Source of the DNA: Chlorobiota bacterium
GTDB lineage: Bacteria > Bacteroidota > Ignavibacteria > Kapaibacteriales > UBA2268
Assembly (NCBI GenBank): GCA_041596515.1
Contig: JBFHIJ010000007.1
Span: 17,626 to 81,625, forward strand
Direction of reading: 5' to 3'
DNA: 64,000 nucleotides
Below are positions 45,224 to 55,725 of the stretch, one piece after another. The position numbers were made by a program, and so were the translations under genes. The notes beneath the pieces are model-generated. The model was not told the origin of the DNA. It did no database searches and was given only the letters and a program-made list of their open reading frames with translations. How positions within the stretch are numbered: position 1 is the stretch's first letter; the number at the start of each line of letters is the position of its first letter.

Positions 45224-48040
45224 TTAGTTTTTAACAGTAGTTGGTTCCATAATGATTTTTACTAAATGATCCATATTGATATATTTCTTAGCTGCATCTC
45301 TTACATCTTCAGCAGTTAAGTTTTTGATATATTTTTCGTAAGTCAAAACACCATCTACTGGCTCATCATTCAAATAAGCATTAGACAATGAACTTAACCA
45401 ATATCTATTAGTTTCAATAGATCTTGTTCTTTCAGTAACTTGAGCTTTTTTAACTTTGTCAGTAGATTCTACTTCCAATTCTTTTTTAAGATTTTTAAGA
45501 AGCACTTCTGAAGCAGCTACCAATTCGTCTGTTCTTGAAGGTTCGCAAACGAAAGTAATGTTTATTTGATATTCCGGTTCAGGATATTTTTCAGTAGTTA
45601 CCCAAATACCTGGAGAGTATACACCACCAAGCTTTTCTCTGATTTCTTGAGTAAACTTGATATCCATTACATCTTGCATGGAGCGAATGCGATGACGTGA
45701 TTCCTGATTCCAGTCAAACTTACCATTTATAGCCATATAGACCATAGTTCTGTCTTCTTTCCCGTTTTTAAAACGTTTAGTGATTCTTTCTCTTGGAGCT
45801 TTAATTCCCATATCTCTCCAGTTTTCATTAGCAACTTTGCCAGGAAGTGAAGCAATGTATTTTACAAGCAAAGGCTTCAATTTTGCAATATCTACATTAC
45901 CTACAAAGTAGAACGTAAAATCGCCGGCATTAGCAAATCTTTCTTTGTAGAATTGGATTGCTTTGTCATAGTCAACACTATTAATCATATCTACAGTTGG
46001 AGGAGTAGCTGTGTAGTGGTAACCGGCCATAGTAAGTTTCATAGTATCCTGGAAAGCACTCTGAGGGTTATTACTTCTTTGAGCAAGCATACCAGCAAAT
46101 CTTTGTTGCATAGCTTGGAATATTTGGTCGTCTTTTCTTGTAGCAGTAAAGTATAAGTTTACTTCCTGAAGTAATGTTTCAAGATCTTTCTGAGAAGACT
46201 GTCCTCTAAATCCTTCACTTAAATCAGAAATAGTAGGAGCTACCTGTGCATTTTTACCGGCTAATACTTTTTGAAGATCCATAAGAGAGAATTCTCCAAG
46301 ACCACCCATTGGTACAAATTGAGCTGCAGCAGAAGCTGTAAAATAATCCTCTTTAGAACTTAAAGAAGCTCCACCACGAGAGGTAGCAGCAAATAGGATT
46401 TCATCATCAGAATAGTTAGTAGGTTTAACTACTACTTTGGCACCATTAGATAAAGTTAATTCAGTAATGCCTACTTTTTCGTTTTGTGTAGTATTTACTA
46501 TTGAACCAGGTTTTACTTTTCTGGTAAATAGCTGATCAGATACTTCTCTAGCTTCATAAGGAGTAAGTTTTTTCTTTTCAGAATTTTTGTATAAATTCAA
46601 TACTTCTGATTCAGTAGGGAACTTGTTGCCTTCAACTAAAGAAAGAGTAATAACTGTATTATCATTTCTATAATATGATTTTGCAAGTTTATTAATTTCT
46701 TCTACAGTGATAGTAGGTAAAACTTCAGCTGCAAATCCATATTCCCATTCAATACCGGGCATAGCTTCGTGATCGATGAAATTACGAGTATATTCACCAA
46801 CATAAGCTCTGTTTTGTGTAGCATTTCTTTCGTTGTAATAACTTTCATAATTAGATAGTATTTCATTTTTAACTGCTTTTAACTCAGATTCTGCGAACCC
46901 ATGTTGGAATACTCTATGCACCTCATCTAATGCACCTTCTAATCCTTTCATAGATTTGCCACCTTCAGTTGTAGCAGTAATCATAAACATTGATTTATCG
47001 CCAAGATAATCAGTGTAGAAAGCACCACCACCAAGGAATGGAGCATCAGGTTTTTGAGTAACTTCAGTAAAGCGTGTACCCATCATAGAATTAAAGATTT
47101 GACGTTTCAAGCCTTCTCTATAATCATTAAAAGTTTTGCTTTCTTTTTTATCATGTTTAATATAAACAGATATGCGATCATTAGTTAGTTCAGGATCTGA
47201 AGCAATAGAAACTAATGTTTCTTTATGTCCAGGCACTTCATAAACTTTGTCAGGTCTAGGATTTTTTACAGGTTTAATTCTGCTGAAATATTTTTTTATT
47301 CTTTTTTCCATGTCAGCAACATCAAAATCACCAACAGCTACAACAGCCATCAAGTCTGACCTGTACCAATCTTTGTAAAATCTACGAATTACTTCATGAT
47401 CGAAGTTAAGAATGATAGATGTATCACCAATTACATTTCTTTTGGCGTATTTAGAACCTTTGAATAATTTTGGGGCATGTTTATCATTTAAGCGCATGCC
47501 TGCGTTGTTTCTCTGGCGCCATTCATTTATAATTACACCACGTTCATCATCGATATCATCTCCCTCAAACAATACATTATGCCCCCAATCTTCTAAAATT
47601 TGGAATGCATTATCCAACAATTCAGGATTATTCATTGGGATTGGCAATTCGTACATTGTTTGATCGTAGCCTGTACTTGCATTTAAATCGGCACCAAATC
47701 TGACACCAGATTTCTGCAACACTTCAATCAATTCATTTTTAGGAAAGTTTTTTGTACCGTTAAAGCACATGTGTTCAGTAAAGTGAGCTAAACCATTTTG
47801 ATCATCATCTTCATTTATAGCACCGGCACTGATTACGATGCGAAAATGAGCATTGTCTTCTGGTTTATGATTTTTTCTGATGTAATAGGTAATACCATTG
47901 TCAAGTTTACCAATCTTTACATCAGGATCTAAAGGTAATTTTTTTGACATATTAGATATGTCGACTTTTGGCGTATCTGCCTGACCCGCAGCAAAGCCAA
48001 AAAGCAGTAGTATCACTGCTAATCTCACAAAGTGTTTCAT
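45224..48040 (-). CDS. secreted M16-family (pitrilysin/insulinase-like) zinc peptidase, double-module
   Basis: Start trimmed to the ATG at 48040 (MKHFVRLAVILLLFGFAAG, a signal peptide) with a ggag RBS. The inverted zinc motif HxxEH appears in GLAHFTEHMCFNGT. The length of about 940 aa fits fused active plus inactive M16 halves. Confidence 0.88.
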   Translation of the reverse strand: MKHFVRLAVILLLFGFAAGQADTPKVDISNMSKKLPLDPDVKIGKLDNGITYYIRKNHKPEDNAHFRIVISAGAINEDDDQNGLAHFTEHMCFNGTKNFPKNELIEVLQKSGVRFGADLNASTGYDQTMYELPIPMNNPELLDNAFQILEDWGHNVLFEGDDIDDERGVIINEWRQRNNAGMRLNDKHAPKLFKGSKYAKRNVIGDTSIILNFDHEVIRRFYKDWYRSDLMAVVAVGDFDVADMEKRIKKYFSRIKPVKNPRPDKVYEVPGHKETLVSIASDPELTNDRISVYIKHDKKESKTFNDYREGLKRQIFNSMMGTRFTEVTQKPDAPFLGGGAFYTDYLGDKSMFMITATTEGGKSMKGLEGALDEVHRVFQHGFAESELKAVKNEILSNYESYYNERNATQNRAYVGEYTRNFIDHEAMPGIEWEYGFAAEVLPTITVEEINKLAKSYYRNDNTVITLSLVEGNKFPTESEVLNLYKNSEKKKLTPYEAREVSDQLFTRKVKPGSIVNTTQNEKVGITELTLSNGAKVVVKPTNYSDDEILFAATSRGGASLSSKEDYFTASAAAQFVPMGGLGEFSLMDLQKVLAGKNAQVAPTISDLSEGFRGQSSQKDLETLLQEVNLYFTATRKDDQIFQAMQQRFAGMLAQRSNNPQSAFQDTMKLTMAGYHYTATPPTVDMINSVDYDKAIQFYKERFANAGDFTFYFVGNVDIAKLKPLLVKYIASLPGKVANENWRDMGIKAPRERITKRFKNGKEDRTMVYMAINGKFDWNQESRHRIRSMQDVMDIKFTQEIREKLGGVYSPGIWVTTEKYPEPEYQINITFVCEPSRTDELVAASEVLLKNLKKELEVESTDKVKKAQVTERTRSIETNRYWLSSLSNAYLNDEPVDGVLTYEKYIKNLTAEDVRDAAKKYINMDHLVKIIMEPTTVKN

Positions 48041-48226
48041 AATTTCTCCATTATGATATAAAAAGACCCAATTTATATTATTTACGAAATAAACCAATCT
48101 AAGTTTCAACACATTATGTTCTTGCAATAAAATATCCAATCTAATATTTACAGTTTCGTTTAAATGTAGTATATTCTTAAAAGAATAAACTATAGTTTAG
48201 ATTACTATACAAAAATAAATAAAATT

Positions 48227-50881
48227 ATGTTTACTGACGCAAATTTAAAAAAAGTTGTTTCCCAATCCCCTGTAGTAATGTTTGCCATTGATAACAATGG
48301 TATTTTCCAAATATCGCTTGGGAGAGGCTTGGAAGCATTAGGACTTGCTCAAAATGAAGTAGTAGGTCTGTCTGTATATGATGTATATAAAGATATGCCA
48401 AATGTTATTTCCCAAGTAAATGCAGCTTTGAGAGGTGAGACTAGCACATTAATCTTGGAATTAGGTTCTTCATTCTTCGAATCTACAATGTCTCCAAACA
48501 TCGATGATTCAGGAGACCAAATTGGAATTATTGGTCTTGCAACCGACATTACATCTAAAATTAATATGCAACAAGAATTAGAGTATAAAAACGAACTCTA
48601 CGATACTATCACCCAAGTATCCAAAGATGTAGTCTGGACGATGGATATTAATGGTAAATTTACGTATGTAAGCCCAAATGTTTTTCTAATTAGAGGTTTT
48701 ACTTCCGAAGAAGTAATGAATCAGACTTTAGAAGAAGTTATTTTCCATGAAGATATCTCTATTATAATGAACGAGATAGAAAATGTAGGCAAAATGATAG
48801 CCGACAACAATACTTCTTCTATACCTACTAGCTTTGTAAGAATCAGACAACCACATAAATCCGGGGAATTAGTACATACAGATGTACAAGTTAATACCAT
48901 TTTTGACAGTTATGGTAATTTTAAGTATTTTTTGGGTGTTACTAGAGATATATCAGAACATCTAAAATTGGAATTTGCTGAAAGAAAAGCAAATAAGAAA
49001 TATGAGTTACTATACGAATTTGCTAATGACGGTATATTCTTTATGAGAAATATGGCATATTTTGATGTAAATAGAAAACTTTGCGACATGCTTGGTTACT
49101 CCAAAGAAGAATTTACAAATATGCATCCCCGTGACTTATCGCCTCCATTCCAACCGGATGGATCTAATTCTTTCGACAAAGCAAACGAATTAGTACAGAA
49201 AGCGATTGACGGAAATAACCAAACTTTTGAATGGGTTCATCTTGATAAATATAACAATGCAAAAACAATGCTTATTTCTCTTTCCATTGTTGAATTCGAA
49301 GGAGAAACTACTGTAATAGGGCTAATGCGCGACATATCGCAAGAAAAAGAGGTATTAGCTCAGCTGCAAAGCTCAGAGCAAAGATTAGCTTTAGCTATTG
49401 ATGGTTCTAATGACGGCTTATGGGATTGGAATATGGTTACTAATGATTTGTTTTTATCAAATCGTTGGTGCGAAATACTTGGTTATGAAAAAAGTGAATT
49501 AGAACAAAACTACAATACTTTCACGTCTATGGTTCATCCGGAAGATAAAGGAAATATCACAACAACTCTGAGTAACTATATAGAAGGTAAAATACCAAAA
49601 TACGATATCGAATTTAAAATGCTCCATAAGAATGGCGAATATATTCACATTCTAGCAAGAGGGAAAATTATTAAAAATGATAACAATGTACCAATACGTA
49701 TGATTGGTACTCACACGGACATTACAAAAAGAAAAAGACTTCAGGAAGATATTGCCCTATTTTTTAGCAATAGCATAGAATTAGTTTCAATATCTAAAAC
49801 AGATGGCTATATTATTACTCTAAACGAGATGTGGACTAAAGTTTTAGGCTGGTCAAAAGAAGAGCTTATGTCTAAGCCATTTATCAATTTTGTACACAAA
49901 GATGACATCTCTAAAACTACTGAAGTTATGAAAAATATATTCCTAGGGCATGATGTTTATGACTTTAGAAATAGATACTTATGTAAAGATGGAACGTACA
50001 AATGGCTATCCTGGCACTCAAAATATTTGAAAGAGCGTGACTTAATCTTTGCAAATGCAAGAGACATCACGAATCAAATAGAATCTGAAATATTATTACT
50101 TTCTCTAAATACTGATTTGGAAAATAGAGTAAAAGAGAGGACTGAAGAATTAGAAAAGGCATATCACAAATTGGAATCAGCTTTGTATGCTGAAAAAAAA
50201 CTAACAGATATGCAAACAAAGTTTATTAATACTATCTCTCATGAGTATAAAACTCCCATAACATCAATCTCTACTTCTGCAGAAATTTTGAAATACTATT
50301 ATAATAATCAAGATGCAGAGGCTATTAAAAATATAGATCGCATATTATCTTCAACTCAAGCTCTCACTAATTTAATAGAAAATGTTATTAATTATCAGAA
50401 TATATTAGATGGCAAATATAAGCCTTTCTTAGTTCCTTTAGAAATCAATACTCTAATCAAAAAAATAGTTAATCAGTTCGAAATCATGAATTCCGGCAAG
50501 TTTATTTTTAAGTTCAATGCATTAGAAAATACTTTAAATTTACTTTCAGATAAAACAAGTATTTCACACATTGTAGGTGAATTTATTACAAATTCTATAA
50601 AATATTCTCCACTGCATACTGAAATAGTAATAGAAATAAAAGACTCTGTGAGACAATTGTATATCAGCGTAACTGATTCCGGAATAGGGATTAAACAAGA
50701 AGATATTGAGAATTTGTTTACTCCTTTTTATAAATCTGCTTCATCAATAGGATTAACTCCCGGATCAGGAATAGGGTTAGCTGTAGCTAAAAAATTAGCT
50801 GAGTATATAAATGCTCAAATTACTCTTGAAAGCAAACCCAACGTAGGTTCAACTTTTACTTTAATTCTAAATAAATATTAG
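48227..50881 (+). CDS. cytoplasmic multi-PAS sensor histidine kinase
   Basis: 884 aa with no TM segments and at least four PAS/PAC modules (e.g. DGLWDWNMVTNDLFLSNRWCEILGY...HPED). Also H-box FINTISHEYKTPITSI, N-box TNSIKYS and G-boxes DSGIGI / GSGIGL. Confidence 0.88.
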   Translation: MFTDANLKKVVSQSPVVMFAIDNNGIFQISLGRGLEALGLAQNEVVGLSVYDVYKDMPNVISQVNAALRGETSTLILELGSSFFESTMSPNIDDSGDQIGIIGLATDITSKINMQQELEYKNELYDTITQVSKDVVWTMDINGKFTYVSPNVFLIRGFTSEEVMNQTLEEVIFHEDISIIMNEIENVGKMIADNNTSSIPTSFVRIRQPHKSGELVHTDVQVNTIFDSYGNFKYFLGVTRDISEHLKLEFAERKANKKYELLYEFANDGIFFMRNMAYFDVNRKLCDMLGYSKEEFTNMHPRDLSPPFQPDGSNSFDKANELVQKAIDGNNQTFEWVHLDKYNNAKTMLISLSIVEFEGETTVIGLMRDISQEKEVLAQLQSSEQRLALAIDGSNDGLWDWNMVTNDLFLSNRWCEILGYEKSELEQNYNTFTSMVHPEDKGNITTTLSNYIEGKIPKYDIEFKMLHKNGEYIHILARGKIIKNDNNVPIRMIGTHTDITKRKRLQEDIALFFSNSIELVSISKTDGYIITLNEMWTKVLGWSKEELMSKPFINFVHKDDISKTTEVMKNIFLGHDVYDFRNRYLCKDGTYKWLSWHSKYLKERDLIFANARDITNQIESEILLLSLNTDLENRVKERTEELEKAYHKLESALYAEKKLTDMQTKFINTISHEYKTPITSISTSAEILKYYYNNQDAEAIKNIDRILSSTQALTNLIENVINYQNILDGKYKPFLVPLEINTLIKKIVNQFEIMNSGKFIFKFNALENTLNLLSDKTSISHIVGEFITNSIKYSPLHTEIVIEIKDSVRQLYISVTDSGIGIKQEDIENLFTPFYKSASSIGLTPGSGIGLAVAKKLAEYINAQITLESKPNVGSTFTLILNKY

Positions 50882-50891
50882 TGTTTATATT

Positions 50892-51914
50892 ATGATAAAT
50901 GTTATTCCTATCATATTTCAAGATAAATGGCAGAAAATGTTGGATCTTATTTCTAATATTTTTTCTGTGCCTGTCGCTATTATTACTTTAAGCGCAGAAG
51001 ATGATTATGCGGTATTTCTAAGTAATTTAAATGGGCAACACCCTTACAACCAAAAAGAGCTTCCAGCATTTGCTGGCAAAGCTTATAGTAAATATGTTAT
51101 CGCTAATGAATCAGAGCTAGAAGTACCGAATGCTCGATTACTTCCTGAATGGGAAAATATTGAAGATTTAAAATTTAACATGATAAACTATTTAGGTTTT
51201 CCACTTTTTAAAAATGATAACTCTATGTTTGGCTCATTTTGTATTATGGATACTATGGAGCGGCAATATTCTGAAAGTCAAAAGATGATTCTGAAAAAGT
51301 TTATTGACATCATAGAGATAGATTTAGACATTATAGCTACTAAATCAGATTCAGAAAGCGAATTGAAAAACAAACGCCATATTGCATCAAAGCTTCGAAA
51401 AGCTATATATCGTTCTGACGTACTTTTAAATTTTGTAGCCAAACTTCATAATAAATATACTTCTACTCCAAGTGTCAGGCTAAAAAATCAAATAACTGAT
51501 ATAATAAATTTACTTGACAAGAAACCCATTGAAATAGCTTATCTGGATATTCAAAAATTATTTAGATATTTGATTCCAGAATATAATAAATCTAATATAA
51601 TTCTAAGACTGGATAACATAGATTCAAGATTAGCAATTTCTACATCTCAAGCATTAAATCTAATAATAAGAACTTTAGTTTTGTTTGTCTTATTAAACGA
51701 TATTAATACTTCTATTTTTACTGATATTACAGACAAAAATATCACTATAAACTTTTTAGTACGATTTTGTGAGTCATTTATAGAAGATTTTAATGAAAGT
51801 ATAAAAGAAGCTTTGCTGAGTTTATCAGAAGAGTCTAATGGTAGTATTTCATTTGAATTTTTAGATGATGCCATATTTAAAATAGCAGTTAAAATGCCTA
51901 TAATAGTGAATTGA
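50892..51914 (+). CDS. GAF-domain protein with degenerate kinase-like C-terminal half
   Basis: 340 aa, starting 10 nt after the kinase stop. The N-terminal GAF-like region is WQKMLDLISNIFSVPVAIITL...YLGFPLF...GSFCIMD. The C-terminal ~180 aa is helical, then alpha/beta-like, and has no recognisable G1/G2 ATP-binding boxes. Confidence 0.55.
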   Translation: MINVIPIIFQDKWQKMLDLISNIFSVPVAIITLSAEDDYAVFLSNLNGQHPYNQKELPAFAGKAYSKYVIANESELEVPNARLLPEWENIEDLKFNMINYLGFPLFKNDNSMFGSFCIMDTMERQYSESQKMILKKFIDIIEIDLDIIATKSDSESELKNKRHIASKLRKAIYRSDVLLNFVAKLHNKYTSTPSVRLKNQITDIINLLDKKPIEIAYLDIQKLFRYLIPEYNKSNIILRLDNIDSRLAISTSQALNLIIRTLVLFVLLNDINTSIFTDITDKNITINFLVRFCESFIEDFNESIKEALLSLSEESNGSISFEFLDDAIFKIAVKMPIIVN

Positions 51915-51922
51915 TTAGAAAC

Positions 51923-51953
51923 TAAAAAACGCCGAGATGTTTACCCCGGCGTA
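51923..51953. terminator. intrinsic terminator between convergent GAF gene and ispH
   Basis: Stem acgccg / cggcgt with a 12-nt loop. It is flanked by A6 on the left (T6 on the minus strand) and by tttt on the right. Confidence 0.55.
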
Positions 51954-51978
51954 CAGTTTTATTAAAGTTTATGGTAGT

Positions 51979-52878
51979 CTACATGGTTTCCATAGTAATC
52001 TTAGAGTTTATAGCTCCTTTAACTTCTTCCATATACCATTGTGGAGTAGAAGTCGCACCACTTATACCTATCTTTGTAGCCCCTTCGAACCAATCCATTT
52101 CTATCTCTTCATGATTTTCAATAAAGTATGTTTTAGGATTTGCACCTTTACATACATGGTATAAACTTTTGCCGTTACTAGAGTTCCTGCCAGCCACAAA
52201 CACAACCACGTCATTATCTTTTGCAAATTCCATCAAAGGCTCTTCCCTACCTGATACAAATCTACATATTGTATGCTTTGTAATCATATTGTCCGCTTCA
52301 ATTTCACCACCATCTACTAATTCTTTAGTTTTATTTTCTAAAGTCTCCTTAATAGCGTAAAATGTAGGCTTATCCATGGTAGTTTGAGATAACAAAACCG
52401 TCTTTTTTGTAAAATCAACTTTTTCAAGGGCTTCCTCTACAGACTGAACTACTATTGAATCATTATTCGATACCCCTAATAACCCTTTTACTTCAGGATG
52501 TTGCGGTTTACCAAATATTACAATCTGGAATTCATTTTCATAAAATTTACGAACAGATTGCTGTAATGTCTGCACCAAAGGGCACGTCGCATCTATCAAA
52601 TTGATTTTATTATCCTTCGCTCTTTGATAAGTAGAAGGTGGTTCGCCATGGGCTCTGATAATTACATTAGAATTTGCAGGTAATTTATCTAAATCATCAT
52701 GCTCTATCGTCTGCAATCCCTTCTCTGATAGACGTTTTACTTCCATCGGGTTATGAATAATCTCACCTAATATATAAGTAGGTTGTTTATTATACTTTTC
52801 CAATGTCTCTTCAACTTTATCTATTGTGCGAACTACTCCCCAGCAAAAACCTGAAGAATTATCTATATTAATTTGCAT
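51979..52878 (-). CDS. ispH: 4-hydroxy-3-methylbut-2-enyl diphosphate reductase
   Basis: 299 aa with cluster-ligand Cys in GFCWGV, ATCPLV and HTICRF contexts, plus GEIIHNP and SSNG motifs. Confidence 0.93.
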   Translation of the reverse strand: MQINIDNSSGFCWGVVRTIDKVEETLEKYNKQPTYILGEIIHNPMEVKRLSEKGLQTIEHDDLDKLPANSNVIIRAHGEPPSTYQRAKDNKINLIDATCPLVQTLQQSVRKFYENEFQIVIFGKPQHPEVKGLLGVSNNDSIVVQSVEEALEKVDFTKKTVLLSQTTMDKPTFYAIKETLENKTKELVDGGEIEADNMITKHTICRFVSGREEPLMEFAKDNDVVVFVAGRNSSNGKSLYHVCKGANPKTYFIENHEEIEMDWFEGATKIGISGATSTPQWYMEEVKGAINSKITMETM

Positions 52879-52943
52879 AATATACTCTATTTTTAAGTAT
52901 AACTAATAACATTTTTAGCTATAACGAATATTCAACAATAAAA

Positions 52944-53612
52944 TTATTTGATAATTGCTTGTGCAAAATCAAAAATAACATCTACCTGAATATCTATAGT
53001 CATATTAGATGTATCTATCTCGATAGCATCATTTGCTTTTTTCAGAGGACTATGCTCTCTGGTACTATCATAATGATCTCTTTCAGATATTTGTTGTCGA
53101 ATATCGTCCAAATTCACATCTATTCCTTTTGCAAGCATTTCATTAGTTCTTCTTTCTGCTCTTGCATCTATGGACGCAACAAGAAATATCTTTAACTCTG
53201 CATTGGGAAAAACAGTAGTACCGATATCTCTACCATCCATTACCACACCACCTTTATACCCAATTTGACGTTGCATAGCTACCATTTTTTCTCTAACGTA
53301 AGCCATAGCACTAACTGGTGATACTAATTTGGTAACCTCTGTTGTCCTTATCTCTTCGCTAACATCTTTTCCGTCAAGATATGTAAGTTGTCCATTACCT
53401 TCGTTTTTGAGCTCAACAGATATAGAATCTACAAGTTTTGAAGCATATTTTTCACTTATTTCCAAGCCACTTCTTATCCAGCCTAGAGTGACAGCACGGT
53501 ACATCGCACCAGTATCTATGTATATGTAATTTAACTTTTCTGCTAATATTTTTGCAGTTGTTGTTTTTCCTGAGCCGGCAGGTCCGTCAAGAGCAATTAT
53601 AATTTTTTTCAT
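52944..53612 (-). CDS. cmk: cytidylate kinase
   Basis: 222 aa with P-loop IIALDGPAGSGKTT, followed by YIDTGAMYRA and DGRDIGTTVFP. Confidence 0.93.
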   Translation of the reverse strand: MKKIIIALDGPAGSGKTTTAKILAEKLNYIYIDTGAMYRAVTLGWIRSGLEISEKYASKLVDSISVELKNEGNGQLTYLDGKDVSEEIRTTEVTKLVSPVSAMAYVREKMVAMQRQIGYKGGVVMDGRDIGTTVFPNAELKIFLVASIDARAERRTNEMLAKGIDVNLDDIRQQISERDHYDSTREHSPLKKANDAIEIDTSNMTIDIQVDVIFDFAQAIIK

Positions 53613-53614
53613 AT

Positions 53615-54319
53615 TTAATCAAATAAGTTGAAAAAAGATTTTTGTACACTAACGTAATCAGACATATCAGACAGAAGCAAATCAGGATTATCTTCAGACA
53701 ACTCATCTAAAGTATACTTGCCGGTCCCTACTGCTACTGATTTTATATTATTATACTTGGCACATTCTATATCACGTTTTGTATCTCCTATAATCAATGT
53801 ATTTCGTGAATTAAATACATCAGAATTGAGATGCACGTTGGCTTTGCTTATTGCTATTGGAGGTAAATTATTTCTATTTTCGTGATCATCTCCAAAAGCA
53901 CCAAATTTAAAATATTCTCCTAAATCATGTGCTTTTAGCTTCAAATATGCATTAGCCCGAAAATTGCCTGTGATTAGCCCAAGTTCAACATCATCTCTCT
54001 GTGACAATGATACTAATATCTCTTGTACTCCAGGTAGCAATTCAATATACTCCGGTGTCGAATAATTTTGGAACTTAGCAATGATTGCTTCCCATACCTC
54101 AGGTAGTTTCATGCTAAGACCATTGAAATCAATACCGTGATTTTCTGCCATTGTTCTAAGAATATAGAGGTCTGTTCTACCATTAAAATCAGGTAGATGA
54201 GTCTCGTCAAACTCTTTGTCGAATACTTCAGACATTAGCTCTATAAAAAGAGCTTTAGCTACTTGATGACGAAAATTAAGTATAGTACCATCTATGTCAA
54301 ATAAAAATAAATATTTCAT
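53615..54319 (-). CDS. HAD-superfamily hydrolase (phosphoglycolate phosphatase-like)
   Basis: 234 aa with motif I FLFDIDGTIL, motif II ITGN and motif IV IGDTKRD. Confidence 0.75.
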   Translation of the reverse strand: MKYLFLFDIDGTILNFRHQVAKALFIELMSEVFDKEFDETHLPDFNGRTDLYILRTMAENHGIDFNGLSMKLPEVWEAIIAKFQNYSTPEYIELLPGVQEILVSLSQRDDVELGLITGNFRANAYLKLKAHDLGEYFKFGAFGDDHENRNNLPPIAISKANVHLNSDVFNSRNTLIIGDTKRDIECAKYNNIKSVAVGTGKYTLDELSEDNPDLLLSDMSDYVSVQKSFFNLFD

Positions 54320-54328
54320 ATAATTTGA

Positions 54329-54790
54329 TTAAAATGGAACTTCATCACTAAAATCATCTTCGCCAATCACGTGTTCCGATAGGTTTGGCCCAACGGACGG
54401 AGTCTGTTGACCTTGGGAAGCCTGAGGAGTATAAGGGTTTCCACTTTGCGACCCCATGTTGCCAGATGGCAGGAGCACCATATTATTTACCATAACTTCT
54501 GTCATGTAACGGGTAACGCCATCTTTCTCATAAGATCTGGTTTTCAGTTTGCCTTCTAAGTAAACTTTATTTCCTTTTTTTAGATACTGTCCAGCTACTT
54601 CTGCAAGTCGGTTCCACATAACAATGTTATGCCAATCTGTAACTTCTTGCCATTGATCATTTTTGTCTTTATAACTCTCAGTAGTTGCGATTGAGAAGTT
54701 ACACACAGTTTGCCCTGTAGGTGTAGTACGTAATTCAGGATCGCGACCTAAGTTACCAATAAGTGTAACTCTATTTAAACTTTTAGCCAT
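54329..54790 (-). CDS. ssb: single-stranded DNA-binding protein
   Basis: 153 aa. The OB-fold start is LNRVTLIGNLGRDPELR, followed by a Gly/Gln/Pro-rich linker and the acidic tip DDFSDEVPF. Confidence 0.93.
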   Translation of the reverse strand: MAKSLNRVTLIGNLGRDPELRTTPTGQTVCNFSIATTESYKDKNDQWQEVTDWHNIVMWNRLAEVAGQYLKKGNKVYLEGKLKTRSYEKDGVTRYMTEVMVNNMVLLPSGNMGSQSGNPYTPQASQGQQTPSVGPNLSEHVIGEDDFSDEVPF

Positions 54791-54852
54791 TTTTCCCTCT
54801 CCTTTAGAATATTTATCAGTTCTAAAAGTAATATGATAATTATTATTGTAAT

Positions 54853-55653
54853 CTAATAATAAATAAGTTGAAATCCATATCCAAAATATGAATCTTTTTT
54901 GTCATAAAACATACCATGCATACTTTTGCCTTCATAAAAGTATATGCCTGTAAAGATACCAAAATGATTTGAAATCTTAGTGATAAGTCCACCCTGAGCA
55001 GCATGAACTGCTGTAGCAATTCCATCTTGACCATTCAGTTTCAAATCATAGCCAATGTTAACATCAAAAATATCATTTAACCTTTTTTTCCAATCAATCC
55101 CAACCTGTGGAATAAATGTATTAATATCATCAGGTTGATATGAAAATACATAACAAAAACCAATATATGGTCTTATATTTTTATAATTCGCTGCTAAGAC
55201 TATATCTAAGAATTCTCTGCTATAAACAAACGGAGCTTTAAAAAAAGTACTGTTATCCGAATATCCATCTACTAGATGTGATGAAATATGAGAAAGTCTT
55301 ACTCTTCCTTCCAAAGTGACATCATCCGTCTTATACTGACAGGAGTAGTTTAAACCAAAAAAATAGTCAGATGTTTCAACCGGGAACTTGAATCTACCTT
55401 CAGATCTTAATCTTGTATATGTAAAAAAGTCTGCTCCGATAGCTGATATAAAGTTATTTGAGCTATCTTCCAAACCATATTTTACCATATCAAATGAAGC
55501 TCCTATATCCAGCCTCATGTTATCATCTTCTTCGTCATAAACAGCACCAATTCTGGGCTCAAAAGTATTAGCAGTCAGCGGACGAAAGAGTAAGTCTGAA
55601 GATTCTGCTTTATAGGTAAAAACTAAAAGCAAACATATAAAAAACTTTATCAT
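54853..55653 (-). CDS. putative outer-membrane beta-barrel protein, hypothetical
   Basis: 266 aa with a signal peptide, alternating beta-strand pattern and an aromatic C-terminus (FQLIYY) typical of OMPs. No family is confidently recognised. Confidence 0.5.
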   Translation of the reverse strand: MIKFFICLLLVFTYKAESSDLLFRPLTANTFEPRIGAVYDEEDDNMRLDIGASFDMVKYGLEDSSNNFISAIGADFFTYTRLRSEGRFKFPVETSDYFFGLNYSCQYKTDDVTLEGRVRLSHISSHLVDGYSDNSTFFKAPFVYSREFLDIVLAANYKNIRPYIGFCYVFSYQPDDINTFIPQVGIDWKKRLNDIFDVNIGYDLKLNGQDGIATAVHAAQGGLITKISNHFGIFTGIYFYEGKSMHGMFYDKKDSYFGYGFQLIYY

Positions 55654-55668
55654 TGATACATTCTCCCA

Positions 55669-55693
55669 TAAAAAAAGCCGCTTAGCGGCTTTT
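55669..55693 (-). terminator. intrinsic terminator after the sugar transferase gene
   Basis: The minus strand reads agccgc-taa-gcggct followed by T7. Confidence 0.7.
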
Positions 55694-55725
55694 AAGTAGT
55701 CTAAACATTTTTTTTACTATTATGC

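Noticed and set aside
48041-48139. N-terminal extensions of track ORFs (2583..2678, 6815..6850, 18620..18700, 26453..26497, 28773..28808, 35532..35561, 45022..45048, 48041..48139).
   Set aside because: In each case an internal start immediately precedes a clean signal peptide or lipobox, or a conserved N-terminus, and has a better RBS. Several extensions would overlap the upstream gene or a predicted promoter.
54843-55034. 63-aa ORF overlapping the 3' end of the beta-barrel gene 54853..55653 in another frame.
   Set aside because: It lies almost entirely within the longer ORF, which has a signal peptide and an OMP-like C-terminus. There is no independent support for it.
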